From the NCBI GenBank assembly GCA_000091205.1, contig AP006492.2: 64,000 bases of DNA, one strand, 5' to 3'. Position 1 is the stretch's first letter; each line of letters starts with the position of its first letter. Position numbers and translations under genes: made by a program. The notes beneath the pieces are model-generated. The model worked only from the letters and a program-made list of their open reading frames with translations, did no database searches and had not been told where the DNA came from. The DNA comes from Cyanidioschyzon merolae. Its lineage: Eukaryota. Shown piece after piece: positions 52,935 through 64,000 of this stretch.

Positions 52935-54653
52935 CTACAGCGCAGTACGATACTCCACGCTCACCTTCGCCGCACCGAGAAGATGTCTGTGGATATTTTG
53001 GCGATGTCGCTCTCGCGAATACGCTTCTTTCAAGGCCTTTTTGACCGCTCTGCGCTCCCGTCGTTGCGCTTTGAGAAGCCGCTTCTCTTCGCGCGAATCG
53101 TTGGCACCGCCATGCCTCAGCACCCGTGAATTCCCTGCCACCATCTGTTCCTGATTGGGACTCTCAGCGGATATCCTTACACCAGACGGCAGTGGCGGGA
53201 AAGCATCTGCCGGTTGCCGCTGTTCAATGATTGCACCGTGCGCTGCGTTCGAGCCTAGATGCGGTACTGCCTTCTCAGACTCAGGCAAGTCGAGCTCGCG
53301 CGCTGTCTGACGACCCGCGCTGCTGCCGCGCACACACCGGATGAGCTGCGGTACATACCGGCCCGCAGCAGCTCTGGCGACGGATCCGGACTCTGCGGTG
53401 ATCCGATCTGCACTGCATACATCATCACTGGAGCTCCAATGATCGCTCCAGTCCGAGGCATCAGATTCCGTGCTGTAGCAGGCGTTGTTATCGTCGGATA
53501 GGCGCTCATGCGGTGGCGCTCTAGGCGCTATCGCGGTGCAGCGGGGCGCAACTTGATCAGGATGCGCGATGCGCGGTACGACCTGGCGAGCGTCAAGGCC
53601 CGCCGCGATTTCAGCTGGACCATGCAGTTCACGACATCCTTTCGCTGAACCAGACTGGATGCCTTCCGTCATGCCATTTGAAGGTTCGCAGTGGGCGGCG
53701 TCTCTGGAGCGAAGTTGCACACGCTGAAAATCCTTTGTAGGATCCACACGTAATCGTCGCAGATCCTCCTCAAAGTCGGCCAGCATCCGGTCGAAAACGT
53801 CTGGGGAATGCGGGTGCCGAGCGGTCGGCGACGCGGTGCATGCATCCGGTTCGCCTGGATCACCATGGTCTGCATACACAGTCTGTAGAAAGGAATCGAA
53901 TTGTTCATCCAAGAAGTCTCTAGGACGCCTCTGCACTGGGCGTTGCTTCTGGGTTGCGTCAACGTCTCGAAAGCGGACATCAACCGCGTTCTTCGAAAGA
54001 GAACATGTACCGACTAGTGCGTTTGCCTGAAGCACAAAGTCGTCGGTAAGCTCGTCAGCTGAGGCGACATCTGCAGCAGAGCATGCTGTTTCTTCGGACT
54101 CAGATCCCGCCTCGGAGGCTTCCTCGTCAGACGCCAGTAGATCCAGCACCCGATTCAGGTCCGACGCAAGTTCAGGGTCAGCGGGGTCTCGAGCGCCAGC
54201 GGAGCCGCAGGCGTCGCATGCTCGCGTGTTCAGGTCAGTGGCGATTATTGGCGCTGGGATAAATACTCCATCGCCACGCTCTCGAAAATGCTGTTCATAG
54301 TCGTATCCATCATCTGGAAAGGTGTCTTCCGGGATGAAAAGCGATTTTTCCTGCTGATAGGCGCGTTCTGCTTCAGCGAAAAACGCCTCTTCTGCTTCAC
54401 TCACCGGCCGGGCGTAAATGGTATGCGTCTCAAGCTGCTGCATCCGCTCACTTGGAAGAACTGCCTCTTCTGTATGGGGATCCAATCGAGGTGCTTGGAG
54501 TACGAGCACCCGGCGGTGAACGTCGCTGCTCGTGACTTCGGAGGTCTCGCCATTGCGCTCCGACAGTGACTCGTGGAGCAGGATGTACGTACGGCAGCTT
54601 CGTCGTCTCTGTCGTGACCGAGGCATCGTACCGTTGGACGCTCGCTGCTGCAC
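52935..54653 (-). CDS. LTV1: LTV1 ribosome biogenesis factor (40S pre-ribosome)
   Basis: N-terminal 'RRVLVLQ...DDGYDYEQHF' and 'DDFVLQANA' match human LTV1 (QRVLLPT...DDDYDYLQHL...DDFILQANKA). The basic C-terminal 'KRLLKAQRRERRAVKKALKEAYSRER' matches the LTV1 tail. Confidence 0.8.
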   Translation of the reverse strand: MQQRASNGTMPRSRQRRRSCRTYILLHESLSERNGETSEVTSSDVHRRVLVLQAPRLDPHTEEAVLPSERMQQLETHTIYARPVSEAEEAFFAEAERAYQQEKSLFIPEDTFPDDGYDYEQHFRERGDGVFIPAPIIATDLNTRACDACGSAGARDPADPELASDLNRVLDLLASDEEASEAGSESEETACSAADVASADELTDDFVLQANALVGTCSLSKNAVDVRFRDVDATQKQRPVQRRPRDFLDEQFDSFLQTVYADHGDPGEPDACTASPTARHPHSPDVFDRMLADFEEDLRRLRVDPTKDFQRVQLRSRDAAHCEPSNGMTEGIQSGSAKGCRELHGPAEIAAGLDARQVVPRIAHPDQVAPRCTAIAPRAPPHERLSDDNNACYSTESDASDWSDHWSSSDDVCSADRITAESGSVARAAAGRYVPQLIRCVRGSSAGRQTARELDLPESEKAVPHLGSNAAHGAIIEQRQPADAFPPLPSGVRISAESPNQEQMVAGNSRVLRHGGANDSREEKRLLKAQRRERRAVKKALKEAYSRERHRQNIHRHLLGAAKVSVEYRTAL

Positions 54654-55431
54654 GCAATTTGTCTTGCGCTGTCTTTTAAGCGTGCAGCGACCAAGCCGCA
54701 GGAGTGGAGGCGGTTATTTTCGAGTGCAGACGACACCGGCCTCGGCCTTGCAACTCGCAAGCCAGAACGAGTCCCTGTGTATGCGCTACGAAGCGAGAAC
54801 CTTTTCACGGACTTTGACAATTGCAGAGCCTAATGCAGCGCTCGAGCAGAATCGACGCGCTTGGCCTAGGGGTCCGACGAGCCGTTCGCAGCACGAACGG
54901 TTGTTGCAAGACTATGCGCCACCAAGCGTAGTTCACTGTCACGGTTTCGCAACACACGAGTCTGGAAGCCCAGTCGCTTTACCTGGCAATGCCCTTGCAC
55001 TCCTCACGTTAACTGATGAGTAAGGGTTCCGGCAGATCTAGAGCAAGTCACTCGAAGAATTGACGCAGCTGCTCTGTGACGCGCACGATCGACAACGAGG
55101 TTTGTGGTGTAAGCTGGCGTCGTCGCCAAGAAGCTCACTCGCTTGTACCCGTTGTTCTAGACAATAAACCGCAGTTAAGGAAGATCTAGATCAAGACACT
55201 CGAAGATTTGCTGCAACTTCTCTGGGACGTGCACCACAGTCCGACAGACTTGCACTGCATCCTGGTAACGATACGGAGCGCTGCCGCTCTTTGGTATCCC
55301 GCGTCGCGGCGTCGACGACGGCGGCGGCGGTATCCCCCCAGCGCTGCGGCATCCCAGCAGCTGCGGCTGAAGCTGAGCCTTTATCCTGAACACCTGCGAA
55401 GCAGGTATCCATTGCACAGGCGAGCTGCGCG

Positions 55432-56265
55432 ATGGTTTACTGGGATACCCGAAATTGCAATGAAAACATCCAAGTTCAGGCGGGCAGCGTGGAGAACACG
55501 TCGTGGGCGAGCGGGTACCGTGTTCGACTCCGCTGCGGCTTTCTACCGATGATCCCGACGCTGGGGCCGTCACGAGAGCGACACTCCGTGTTGCACACAA
55601 GAGAGCAGCACTCCAAGCTTGTTCGTCGACCAGACGCTAGAAAAGTGAGACTTGTCTGCTCCAGAGAAACGAGGACGGTGTCCGTGCGACTTCCGAGGCC
55701 CCCGCTGAACACCACAGAGCTGACGCTCGTTGCTCGTGGTAGCAAACGAAAGACGCCAGAGAAGGACAGGAAGCTAGAGCAAAAACCTGAACAAAGTACA
55801 AGTCCTATGCTGAACTTGAATGGATTCAAGCTGCCTGGAACGCCGATTTCATCCTTTTGGTTTCTCGGGGGCGTCGTGGTTTTGTCTCTGGGTATTCTCC
55901 GTCGACTACTGGGAAGCAAGGAGGTTGCTCACATCCCCGCTGGATCGGTGAGGTACCGCGCGTCGAACGACGCTGAATTGCACGTATACCGATGTGGCAA
56001 GTGCGGGTACACGCTCTACCCAGCAAGAGGGCGTGAACTCAAATTCTTTCCGCGAACGTTCAAGTGCCCGCAGTGCTCTGCGCCCAAATCCGAGTTCTGG
56101 GACCTGAATGATCCCAATGATCCACGGAATCAGGAAACGGAGTCCGATGAAACTGATCAAGCGTCATTGGAACAAACGCAGTCCGAAGATGCACCAGACA
56201 CGCCCCAGGACACGGGCGGGAGCACTCCTCCGATTGACTCGTCCCCGGGGGAAAACAAGCCTTAG
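55432..56265 (+). CDS. Rubredoxin-like zinc-ribbon protein with one predicted transmembrane helix and an acidic C-terminal tail (the N-terminal extent is uncertain)
   Basis: 'CGKCGYTLYP...FKCPQCSAPKSEF' has the CxxCGY...CPxCxxxKxxF rubredoxin-type knuckles. It is preceded by the hydrophobic 'ISSFWFLGGVVVLSLGILRRLL'. The spacing between knuckles is shorter than in classic rubredoxin. Confidence 0.45.
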   Translation: MVYWDTRNCNENIQVQAGSVENTSWASGYRVRLRCGFLPMIPTLGPSRERHSVLHTREQHSKLVRRPDARKVRLVCSRETRTVSVRLPRPPLNTTELTLVARGSKRKTPEKDRKLEQKPEQSTSPMLNLNGFKLPGTPISSFWFLGGVVVLSLGILRRLLGSKEVAHIPAGSVRYRASNDAELHVYRCGKCGYTLYPARGRELKFFPRTFKCPQCSAPKSEFWDLNDPNDPRNQETESDETDQASLEQTQSEDAPDTPQDTGGSTPPIDSSPGENKP

Positions 56266-56735
56266 CGTTGTTGCGTGATGCTGCACTTGTGTGCACGGAG
56301 GATCGCATTCTCTGTTGAAATTGGAGCCATGTTTTTTGCTCGATCTTTCTTGCCCTGGTGTGTGGGAAACAGATCCAAAATCATAGACGAGTGCTCTAGA
56401 GCATGTGTGCAATCGATAACGGATCCGCTGCGAAAAGTACAGCGCTCTCGGAAAACATCAGTCGCTGTGGCGGCGTCACGGGGAGCGCTCTGGCGCAGAG
56501 CGAGCGTAGCCTTCCGGTCCTCGTGCGAGAAATTTAGGTTATTAACCCATATCAACTTGAAAACGACGATCCGCGTGCACGACGCAGCTGGCGAAATGAA
56601 CGGGCACGAGCAGCTGGCCTACTTGCGTGGCTCAGCAGGGCAGTACCTGCCGAGCCGTCGCCGGGAACGGCTGATGGCCTCTACGGGATTGCTGGAGTCG
56701 AAAAACGCATATTCCCGAAGCCGCCAGCCAGCTAG

Positions 56736-56768
56736 TCAGTCAGACAGACAGACAGACAGTCAGTCAGT
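56736..56768. repeat. (GACA)n microsatellite (complement of CTGT)
   Basis: gacagacagacagacagtcagtcag. Confidence 0.9.
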
Positions 56769-57492
56769 AGTTGCATGCCTTGCTCAGGACTAGAGAGAAA
56801 GGGCTTCGTTGCCACGGGAATACAAAGATCTGGCTGTGCTCCTCTTGATCGCAGCCGAGCCTGAGACATCCTGCGACGCAACCGATGATGGCGCTTGAGC
56901 CTATTGCGCTGTTCATTCACTGCGGACAAACCTCTGGGTCTGTGCCTTGCAGGCGCCCCGGCGATGAAAACGAACTGCTGGACTTGTGGGTGCGTTCAGT
57001 GCGCGGGCCTGCACGGTGTCATCTCGACCAGTGTTCGCAAACACGCGTTCTTCGGCTCAATCGCAGGATAGAGCGCGCGAATGCGACCACATCTGTTTAT
57101 CAAGGTCGCATTTGATCAATGATCTGCTTGCGGGTAACGACTTGAGGACAGGGGTGCACTCTATCAGGATCTGGTCGAAAGCGAAAGCCTTTCGTAGGAG
57201 ATGTGTATCCAAGCGTCTGCGAAAATGGAATGACGGTCGACGCATGCTGCGATCTGGAGCTTCGGTTCATGTGAAGCGCGCTCAGTATCAGCTGAACGCC
57301 CGTAGATAGCGTCGCCCGCAGAATCCAACAGAAAGCACCACTGTCGTTGAATTGAAAACGCGGCTCACATTGGTGAATGCACGAGCATCATCTGTGGTCC
57401 ACGAAGCATCGGAGTAACGAAGCCCGATTCTCGAGCGAATCCTTTGCAACGCATTAGGGATTTTGCGTCGTCCTCTAAGCACTTGGACGCAT

Positions 57493-58158
57493 CTACTGCT
57501 GTAGTCTTGGTCTGGACACTGCGTCGTCGTCGTCATCGTCGTCCGCCGGGGCGGCGTATTCCCGCTGAGGCAGGACACCGCGGGCCTCCAGCTCGTATCG
57601 CGGTGGCAGGTGCGGAAAGGGGATAACGTCCAGAACGAATGGTTCTTCTAGAGAAACCAGGGCACATCGATATCGTAACAACTGATCAATGAATACATCC
57701 AAATACGAGTTGTGATACGAGTTGTCTTTTTGGCGAACCTTGATAGGCCGGTAGTCCCTGTAAAGCGGGTCAAGGAGCTGGTAAACCTGCTCGGCTCGCG
57801 ATTCTTTCCAACGAATCCAAGTCGCCACAATTGCCCGCCAATATACATTCTTGGAACAATCAAGGTGCGCAGCAACCTCTTCACGCGAAGGGCTGCAACA
57901 ATCATAGGCCAGTAGAACGCAAAGAAACGGTGAGGGCGGCAGTGCGGCACAGTCCCCGACGTATGTAACGTGTTCCTCTGTAACCTCTTCAAGCTGCTTT
58001 AGACTCGCCTTGAAGCAGTAAGTTCTGTAGAACGTACAATGTCGAGTTTGCTCGCGGAGACGAGCCCAGGTGCTCCGACTCCCCAGCGGCGATTTCCAGT
58101 CTACATCGCCTGTGAGCGGTGTGCTCTCCAGTGCTCGCATCCGCGACACCTTCTCCAA
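57493..58158 (-). CDS. Hypothetical protein with an acidic poly-Asp C-terminus
   Basis: 221-aa ORF, divergently oriented to the ORF at 58337. No domain recognised. Confidence 0.3.
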   Translation of the reverse strand: MEKVSRMRALESTPLTGDVDWKSPLGSRSTWARLREQTRHCTFYRTYCFKASLKQLEEVTEEHVTYVGDCAALPPSPFLCVLLAYDCCSPSREEVAAHLDCSKNVYWRAIVATWIRWKESRAEQVYQLLDPLYRDYRPIKVRQKDNSYHNSYLDVFIDQLLRYRCALVSLEEPFVLDVIPFPHLPPRYELEARGVLPQREYAAPADDDDDDDAVSRPRLQQ

Positions 58159-58336
58159 GGCAGCCCACTTCCCTGCCTGCTTTGCAGGTTACAGTCCAGT
58201 TTCAAGTGTGTGAAGCACGTTCACCGCAACGCGTCACTATTTGGATAACGTGGGTACTCCAATCGATGAGCAACAGTTCCCCGCAGCTGCAGCAAAAGCA
58301 GCAGAAGCCTAATCATAAAGGCACCTGAATGTTCCG

Positions 58337-59434
58337 ATGCGCCTCCGTGCCCTGGGGTGGCGCTATGCCTATGACGCACTTGTGCGGTATTTCGCGTGCG
58401 TTTGTTTCGGAAAACGCTCTATCACCGGTCGTCTGTGGCTAGACAGTGAGCACCAACGGAGGCGTGCCGCACTAGAGAGCATGAGTCAGCAACGGGCTCT
58501 TGGTTTACAGCCACAGGCGATTGCCGCAGCCCTTCCGGAGAACGTCTGGGACCCGTTACGACACGAGGATGCCGATCCGTTCTGGCGAGAAATTGAACCG
58601 TTTTTCAGCCCGATAACGGTGGAGTCCCTCAGTTACATGCGGGAAAGTGATACGATGAATGACGGACCGGACACGGACTTGCTCGTTCCAACGGCAGACG
58701 CGGAAAACGTTGTCCCCAACGGCGAGCCTGGGGAAAGTGCTCCGGAGACGCGCCAACCGGAACGACGACGCCGACGCCCGGAAGCGACCAGTTCCGGGGG
58801 CTCTGCCGTGGACCACTCGGAGAAATGGACTGTGGAGAGACTCCTCCGGGCACGCTTGAACTCTTATCCGTTTTTCCAGCGAGTGGCTGCTGCCTTTGTT
58901 GAGTTGCCGAGCACTGGGGATGCACCTGCCTCTGCGATGCGAAACAAGGGCTCGGGTCCCGAAGATCTCTTTTGGAGCGGACCCGCAGATTCCCAGCTCT
59001 TGGATGAATACCACCGTATTCTAGAAATTCGTGTCACCAATGAACTACAAAGCATTGGTCTCATTGACGACACCGACGCCGACGAGCTTCAAAGCGAAAT
59101 GCGCCTGTTGCAGTGGCAGCTGCGGAATGCAAAAGCCCGCAATCGCTCGATACGGAGCTGGTCCTACAGTGACTGGAACCGCGTCCTGAAAGCGCAGGGC
59201 AAGGCACGTGAGCTCGAGCAAGGGAATCAGAACCTCCAGATCCTCTATCTGGAACGAGCGATTCGAAAATGTCGCAGAAACCGGCGGATGCGACAGCGCT
59301 TCGAGCGCGTGCTCAAACTGCTTTTCCCGAGTCACCGCATCGGTAACTTGAACTTGCAACGGCGCACGGAACCGGCTGCTGGAGCGCATACTGAACAGAA
59401 GACGCTGCCAGCTGGTGCCGAAAACTCTCCCTGA
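58337..59434 (+). CDS. Hypothetical coiled-coil protein; weak resemblance to the ADA3 C-terminal region
   Basis: 'ELQSEMRLLQWQLRNAKARNRSIRSW...KAQGKARELEQGNQNLQILYLERA' is a coiled-coil segment. The ADA3 likeness is tentative. Confidence 0.3.
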   Translation: MRLRALGWRYAYDALVRYFACVCFGKRSITGRLWLDSEHQRRRAALESMSQQRALGLQPQAIAAALPENVWDPLRHEDADPFWREIEPFFSPITVESLSYMRESDTMNDGPDTDLLVPTADAENVVPNGEPGESAPETRQPERRRRRPEATSSGGSAVDHSEKWTVERLLRARLNSYPFFQRVAAAFVELPSTGDAPASAMRNKGSGPEDLFWSGPADSQLLDEYHRILEIRVTNELQSIGLIDDTDADELQSEMRLLQWQLRNAKARNRSIRSWSYSDWNRVLKAQGKARELEQGNQNLQILYLERAIRKCRRNRRMRQRFERVLKLLFPSHRIGNLNLQRRTEPAAGAHTEQKTLPAGAENSP

Positions 59435-60327
59435 GCGCCTTCCTCGTCTCGACGCCGACACCGAAACTTTCCCTCCGTCACTCCTCGTGATCACGATGGA
59501 ACGATCTGAGGCTTCGGACTGGGCAGTGCGAACCGTGCGCCTGAACGCGCCTTGGTTCTAGTGAGCGTGGCATGCGAATCCATGACCGCATGAAGGAGCG
59601 ATCGGGTAGATGGGTGCGTTTCCAGAACGCGAACTCGCGTTATGCCAAGGCCACAAGCGATCCCGTTGCCACTGTGCCTTCGAGGTATCACGCGTACCGT
59701 GCCTGAGGCGGCTGGCGACATGTGGAGCGTGCGCCCTGGGGCGATGCCCACAAGCGCTGTGACGAAGCCGTTCAAGGTGCAGTTGTGGGCGATCGCGAGA
59801 GGCACTCGCCTTTCCGAGGGTGTTTTTTAACGAGGCACGAACTCTGAAGGGGTGCTTAGGAGGTGATTCTTGGAATGTAGAGAATGTGGTGCGGATGGTG
59901 GCTGCTTCCCCCAGATGGCGGAAACAATCACGCAGTTGGGAATCCCCGGTTCGATGCGAGGATCCTGCACAACAACCGGTGTCAGCGTAGAATCGAATGC
60001 TGAACTGCTGGCTCTGTCCGCGCCTCGCGATTATTTTCCGAAATATTTGAAGGTGTACAGCCTCTGCATTGGAAATGCAGCAATCAGGGCCCATGGATGC
60101 TGACGTGGATTAGGATTCGCGGTCATCGTTTCACATCGGCTTCTTCAACACTTTGCTGCTGGAATTCGATACGTGGTACCGGAATCAAGATGATTATCGA
60201 TATGGTCCAACAAGGGCGTCCCTGGAATCAACGATCCCGTTACTTAATGGATACGCGCAAGCCTGTACGCTTCTCCTCAACGTATGAGTACCATGCTCGA
60301 ATAAAGTATGCTTCAGGTTTTCGATTT

Positions 60328-60358
60328 CTCTCTCTGTGCGTGTGTGTGTGTGTGTGTC
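60328..60358. repeat. (GT)n microsatellite
   Basis: gtgcgtgtgtgtgtgtgtgtgtc. Confidence 0.9.
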
Positions 60359-60390
60359 AAGGCAACTCGTGAGCGCACCTATTCCGTCCA

Positions 60391-61077
60391 TTGGATTGCC
60401 GACGGGAAAGCGCCGCGACGTCGTCCCTGCACGACTCGCTTACGAGCGCACGCCCGAAACTCACTACATGCTTCACGTCAATAACCGATTCCATTCGCAA
60501 GACAAATCATGCTTTCGTTCAAACCAACGATGAAACGTCATCCGATGCCAGCACCATCCCTCTTGCGGGATACGCTCCGCGACGCTCCCGACTCTTCTGC
60601 GTGCCCGGCAACGAGTTTCGCGCTCAAAGGGGCGTCATCGCCGCGGCCCCTTCCAGTGGAGCATGCGTCGCAACTTTACACGAAGGAGGCGTACACGGAC
60701 CGGAATTTACCAAGTGGTTCCCCCAGCCTGCATATCCCTCCCGGTACTTGTCTGTTCATGGAGAGCACCGGGCCCCAAAAAGCATCCACCGAGCTGGACA
60801 GCGTGCGCTTGCGTACACAGCGGACAGCGAACTCGACGAGGTGATCGCCCAGAGCAAGCGCGTCCTCTTCGAACACGGCACCGGGCATGGAATCGGAGGC
60901 GGACCCTTAGGGAAGCCCACCTATAGCCCTCCATCGCATGTGCGGGGCGATGTGTCAGGCCTTGAGGCGCGGTACTCCAGCGCTCTTAGGCGCAAATGCA
61001 GTGTGTCGATGCGAAAACGTGGCCACAGCCAGTTGTCACCGATGCGAATGACGCTCTGTGGCGGTGTACAAACATAG
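60391..61077 (+). CDS. Hypothetical protein (a Cys-rich continuation in another frame at 60996-61304 suggests a spliced or frameshifted gene)
   Basis: ORF track only. Confidence 0.15.
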   Translation: MDCRRESAATSSLHDSLTSARPKLTTCFTSITDSIRKTNHAFVQTNDETSSDASTIPLAGYAPRRSRLFCVPGNEFRAQRGVIAAAPSSGACVATLHEGGVHGPEFTKWFPQPAYPSRYLSVHGEHRAPKSIHRAGQRALAYTADSELDEVIAQSKRVLFEHGTGHGIGGGPLGKPTYSPPSHVRGDVSGLEARYSSALRRKCSVSMRKRGHSQLSPMRMTLCGGVQT

Positions 61078-61709
61078 ATGAGCGCTGGAAGCGAAGCGTG
61101 GACTGCATCCACCGCCTGTGCATGACATGCGTGGACAACAGCCAGATGCATCGAACTCGAGACTTGAACGCTTATAGGAACGTCCGCCGATCTCCGGCAA
61201 CCGAGGTTGACGGACCGGAGAGGCCGGTGTATCTAAAGCCGGCGCCTAGAGAGAAAGACGGCGAAAAAGCAGTCCCAACGCCAGTCGCGAACAGCTGGCG
61301 TTGATGACCCTGGGATGACACTCCTCCGTAGCTTTAGAGTACGCGCCCGTATTCGTGGACTTGTTTCATACTGCTATTGCACCAGTGCACAAACACTTTG
61401 CTGCGTATGCTATGGTGCGATTTCAAGCGCGGTGACGCGCATCCGCGTTACATCGACAATACATGGTACTCGCGTCTTTTCGACATGCTTAGTATCCACG
61501 CAAATGAGGATAGGTCGCTGCGAGCCTCACACAAAGAGACGCGGTGACCAGAGACGATATCCGCGGATAGCCGCATCCGGCAAGCCGACAAGCGTCGCGT
61601 CACCAGAGCCAGTTCGCATCAACTACCTAGTTGCATCGCAGCGCGCACTGTCTTGGAGAAAATGCGGATCCATCTTTTATGTCCCAGTTTAGAATATCCC
61701 TGTGTCATC

Positions 61710-62528
61710 TTAGGTGAAAAACGTGAATGCAAGTACCGCTACGATTGCAACCGCGCCACCCAGAGCCCACAGCAACCAGGTCTGGCGAAAAGGCTCATCC
61801 ACAGCGTCGGTGAGTGTCCGCTCGAGCTCTGGATCGTTTAAGTCGCTGCTGCTATTTTTAGGCACGGAACGGCTGGTCCAGGTCACCGGATCAAGCACTT
61901 CGCGTTCTCCGTACTTCTCTCGAGCCTCCACTGCCCGCCGTTGTGCTATTTCATAGGCGTCAGTTTTCTTCTGCTCAACCGTTTGTTCGTCCTCAACGAC
62001 GAGGGTAACAAAGTCTCCAGATCGAACTTTTATCGACTTGAGCACGCGATCAAGCCCGACGCCGCGCACGCTCCAAATCTCGTCGCCAAAAGTCGCACTG
62101 ACTGCGGTCACTATCTGACCGGGCCTCAGTACCCCTGTCTTCGCCGCGTTGCCCCCAGGCTGAACGGCCGCTATGTACACCATACCGTCGTCACGCTCCG
62201 CAAGTGTTAGACCCAAAGGTTTTTGGACAACCGCGTAGATGTCATTTTCTGAGAGTTCACGTTTGGCACGGTCCTCCGGGTCCAGGTACACATTATAGCC
62301 GAAGTCGTTCGCGTAGACGAAGAGCGCTCGAGCCGTGCGTTGACAGCGCGCGAACTTTCGACCCTGTCGTCGTATCCGCAGGGTGCTACGCGGCGTTTCA
62401 GAGGCAGCCGTACCACACTTTGGGAATACGCCCGCTGGTACGAACATTTTGGCGGCCTCAGAAGCGTTCACCAGCAAGTGTTCAACAAACACCAGATAGC
62501 GAATTAAAGCAGAACTTTGCGTTCGCAT
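61710..62528 (-). CDS. PDZ-domain protein with a C-terminal transmembrane anchor
   Basis: 'GLTLAERDDGMVYIAAVQPGGNAAKTGVLRPGQIVTAV' has the PDZ carboxylate-binding-loop and beta-strand pattern. The C-terminal 'WLLWALGGAVAIVAVLAFTFF' is hydrophobic. Confidence 0.55.
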   Translation of the reverse strand: MRTQSSALIRYLVFVEHLLVNASEAAKMFVPAGVFPKCGTAASETPRSTLRIRRQGRKFARCQRTARALFVYANDFGYNVYLDPEDRAKRELSENDIYAVVQKPLGLTLAERDDGMVYIAAVQPGGNAAKTGVLRPGQIVTAVSATFGDEIWSVRGVGLDRVLKSIKVRSGDFVTLVVEDEQTVEQKKTDAYEIAQRRAVEAREKYGEREVLDPVTWTSRSVPKNSSSDLNDPELERTLTDAVDEPFRQTWLLWALGGAVAIVAVLAFTFFT

Positions 62529-64000
62529 CCAAAATCGGCCGATGCACGTCTGCCGTCAGCGGTGCATCCAGACAGCTGTGCAGTGCATCGAGTGTTGTCG
62601 TACGCATTGCCCGTCCGTCTCCCTATTATCGGCAGGTGCAGGGGCATGAGATACCGAGGTAAATACTGAACGAGTGTTCCGGATAGATGAACCTCAGGTC
62701 ATATGAGCGAACTGTATAAGGATACCGCCAGACTCGCCGGACGTGCAGACCCAGCAGGGGCAAGCGCCTCACCATGATTCCTCTCGTTGCACGTCGTCAG
62801 TCGCGTTCGGTCTCTGTGCGGCGAGCGCACCAGTGTTCTAGGCGTCGTCACGGGTACGGACAGCAGGCTCGGCACCTCGAGGATCGTGTGAACGAATCCG
62901 TTTCTTCGAAGGGCAGTATGGATGGTAGAGGCCGCTGGAGCTTGGCGGTATCGTGCAGAACGATAGATGCCTCCCGTAGATGCAGATCACTAGTGCACAG
63001 TTGGGGATCTCTGCTCAGTGTAAACGCTTCGTAGATACGAGAAGAGTAAAAGCTATATGAATGACTGTAGCCTTGTCAATCCATTCCAATGCATACATTC
63101 ATCACGAGATACTACCAAAGACGCCACAAACTGTGAATTCTGCGTACGCTTGATACATATGCCCATGCAGAGACATGCATGGACCATGACACAGGCATGC
63201 TTCAGTGCGAGACGCTCTCGCGCTGATCATCACGCACATGCTTTCGCACTGGAATGAGAATGCTTACCAAAGGAGCGACGGGTTCTCCTCTCGCTCAATG
63301 AGAATTTATTCGGAGGGCATGGTGAATCTGTGTAAGTGTACTCGAAGAATGACAAAACGCTTTTCGTAAGCAAGAAACAAGCGCGAATGACCATGTCATT
63401 TTCCTGATGCTAATGGATACTTGTGCTCGCCTACAGATCCCAAAACGGACAGGGTCGAAAAACACTTCATCCGGCGTCGGAGCACCCGTCATGGATTCCA
63501 GTTCCTACCTGGCTATGTCCTCTTTTTAGACTACGTCGCTTTCCATCACTTAATGGCTGTTAAAGAATACGCAGAGAAGATCGCCATTGAGCCGCTCTTC
63601 GTGCCACCAGGTTCTCTCCTGTTCAATCGAATCGTTGTTGTCTTTTCTGTTGCCTAATGCAGTTTTTACGCTCGCAAATTCATACGTATGTCGTTCGCGT
63701 CCGTTGAACCATTCTTCGATGAGTCGCCCTCTACCCTAGCCTTCACACCTCGTCCCGCAAATGTTCATATGAGTTCTCCAGATACAGGGCTACGAGCTAT
63801 CCGCGATTCTCTGTAATCCGTCGAGCAAACATTCGTTCGACGATACACATGATGCTCGCGACAGAGGACGCAACACTCCCTGGCCGTAGGATCAGAGATT
63901 CGAACACGTGCTTTCCAGAAAGTGTTGACGCGATGCCGCATCGCGTAGGCAGTTGAAAGAATGCTCGAGTCCAGGTTCTAGACAATATGAAACACACCTC

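Noticed and set aside
1-64000. Prokaryotic or viral origin of the window
   Set aside because: The window contains a spliceosomal intron and nuclear eukaryotic housekeeping genes (HDAC, PAN2, CDC73, LTV1, cytoplasmic aaRSs). It lacks Shine-Dalgarno-spaced operons, rRNA/tRNA clusters or capsid/polymerase genes.

Overview
This window reads as gene-dense eukaryotic nuclear DNA. GC is about 55-58% with GC-rich third codon positions, and host genes use TAA, TAG and TGA as ordinary stop codons. At least one canonical spliceosomal intron (GTAAGT...TTAG) is visible, in a class I histone deacetylase gene. Nothing prokaryotic, CRISPR-like or rRNA/tRNA-like is supported.

Recognisable host genes, by protein motifs in the translated ORFs:
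- phenylalanyl-tRNA synthetase beta subunit
- a two-exon RPD3/HDAC1-type histone deacetylase
- a CRY-DASH cryptochrome/photolyase divergently paired with that HDAC
- a patatin-like phospholipase
- an epsin-like ENTH-domain protein
- a PgsA/cardiolipin-synthase-type CDP-alcohol phosphatidyltransferase
- CDC73/parafibromin
- PAN2 poly(A)-specific ribonuclease (WD40, inactive UCH fold, DEDD exonuclease)
- an Fcf2 pre-rRNA processing protein
- an NRAMP metal transporter
- cytoplasmic tyrosyl-tRNA synthetase
- a ClpP-family protein whose catalytic Ser and His appear substituted (ClpR-like)
- a TSR2-like protein
- LTV1
- a rubredoxin-like zinc-ribbon protein with a transmembrane segment
- a PDZ-domain membrane protein

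The most unusual locus is at about 2.1-4.4 kb. It is a roughly 750-codon frame with clear Fanzor1/TnpB-family hallmarks: a RuvC-I 'VGVDPGN' motif, the Fanzor1-type 'kG..P.P...vdEfRTS' block, and a RuvC-III 'NRDFHAAIKI' motif, which I read as a eukaryotic OMEGA-type RNA-guided nuclease homolog. The frame is broken by two in-frame stops and one frameshift, so it is either a recently decayed copy or an intron-containing gene. It sits immediately upstream of the PheRS-beta gene.

Other observations: two copies of an unannotated dispersed repeat of about 150 bp at roughly 7.6 kb and 17.7 kb; several coding-phase minisatellites with periods of 93 bp, 54 bp and 112 bp; and assorted microsatellites.

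The organism cannot be named from sequence alone. The ClpR-like protein, CRY-DASH and the rubredoxin-like protein hint at a plastid-bearing or alga-like protist lineage, but an oomycete or other stramenopile cannot be excluded.
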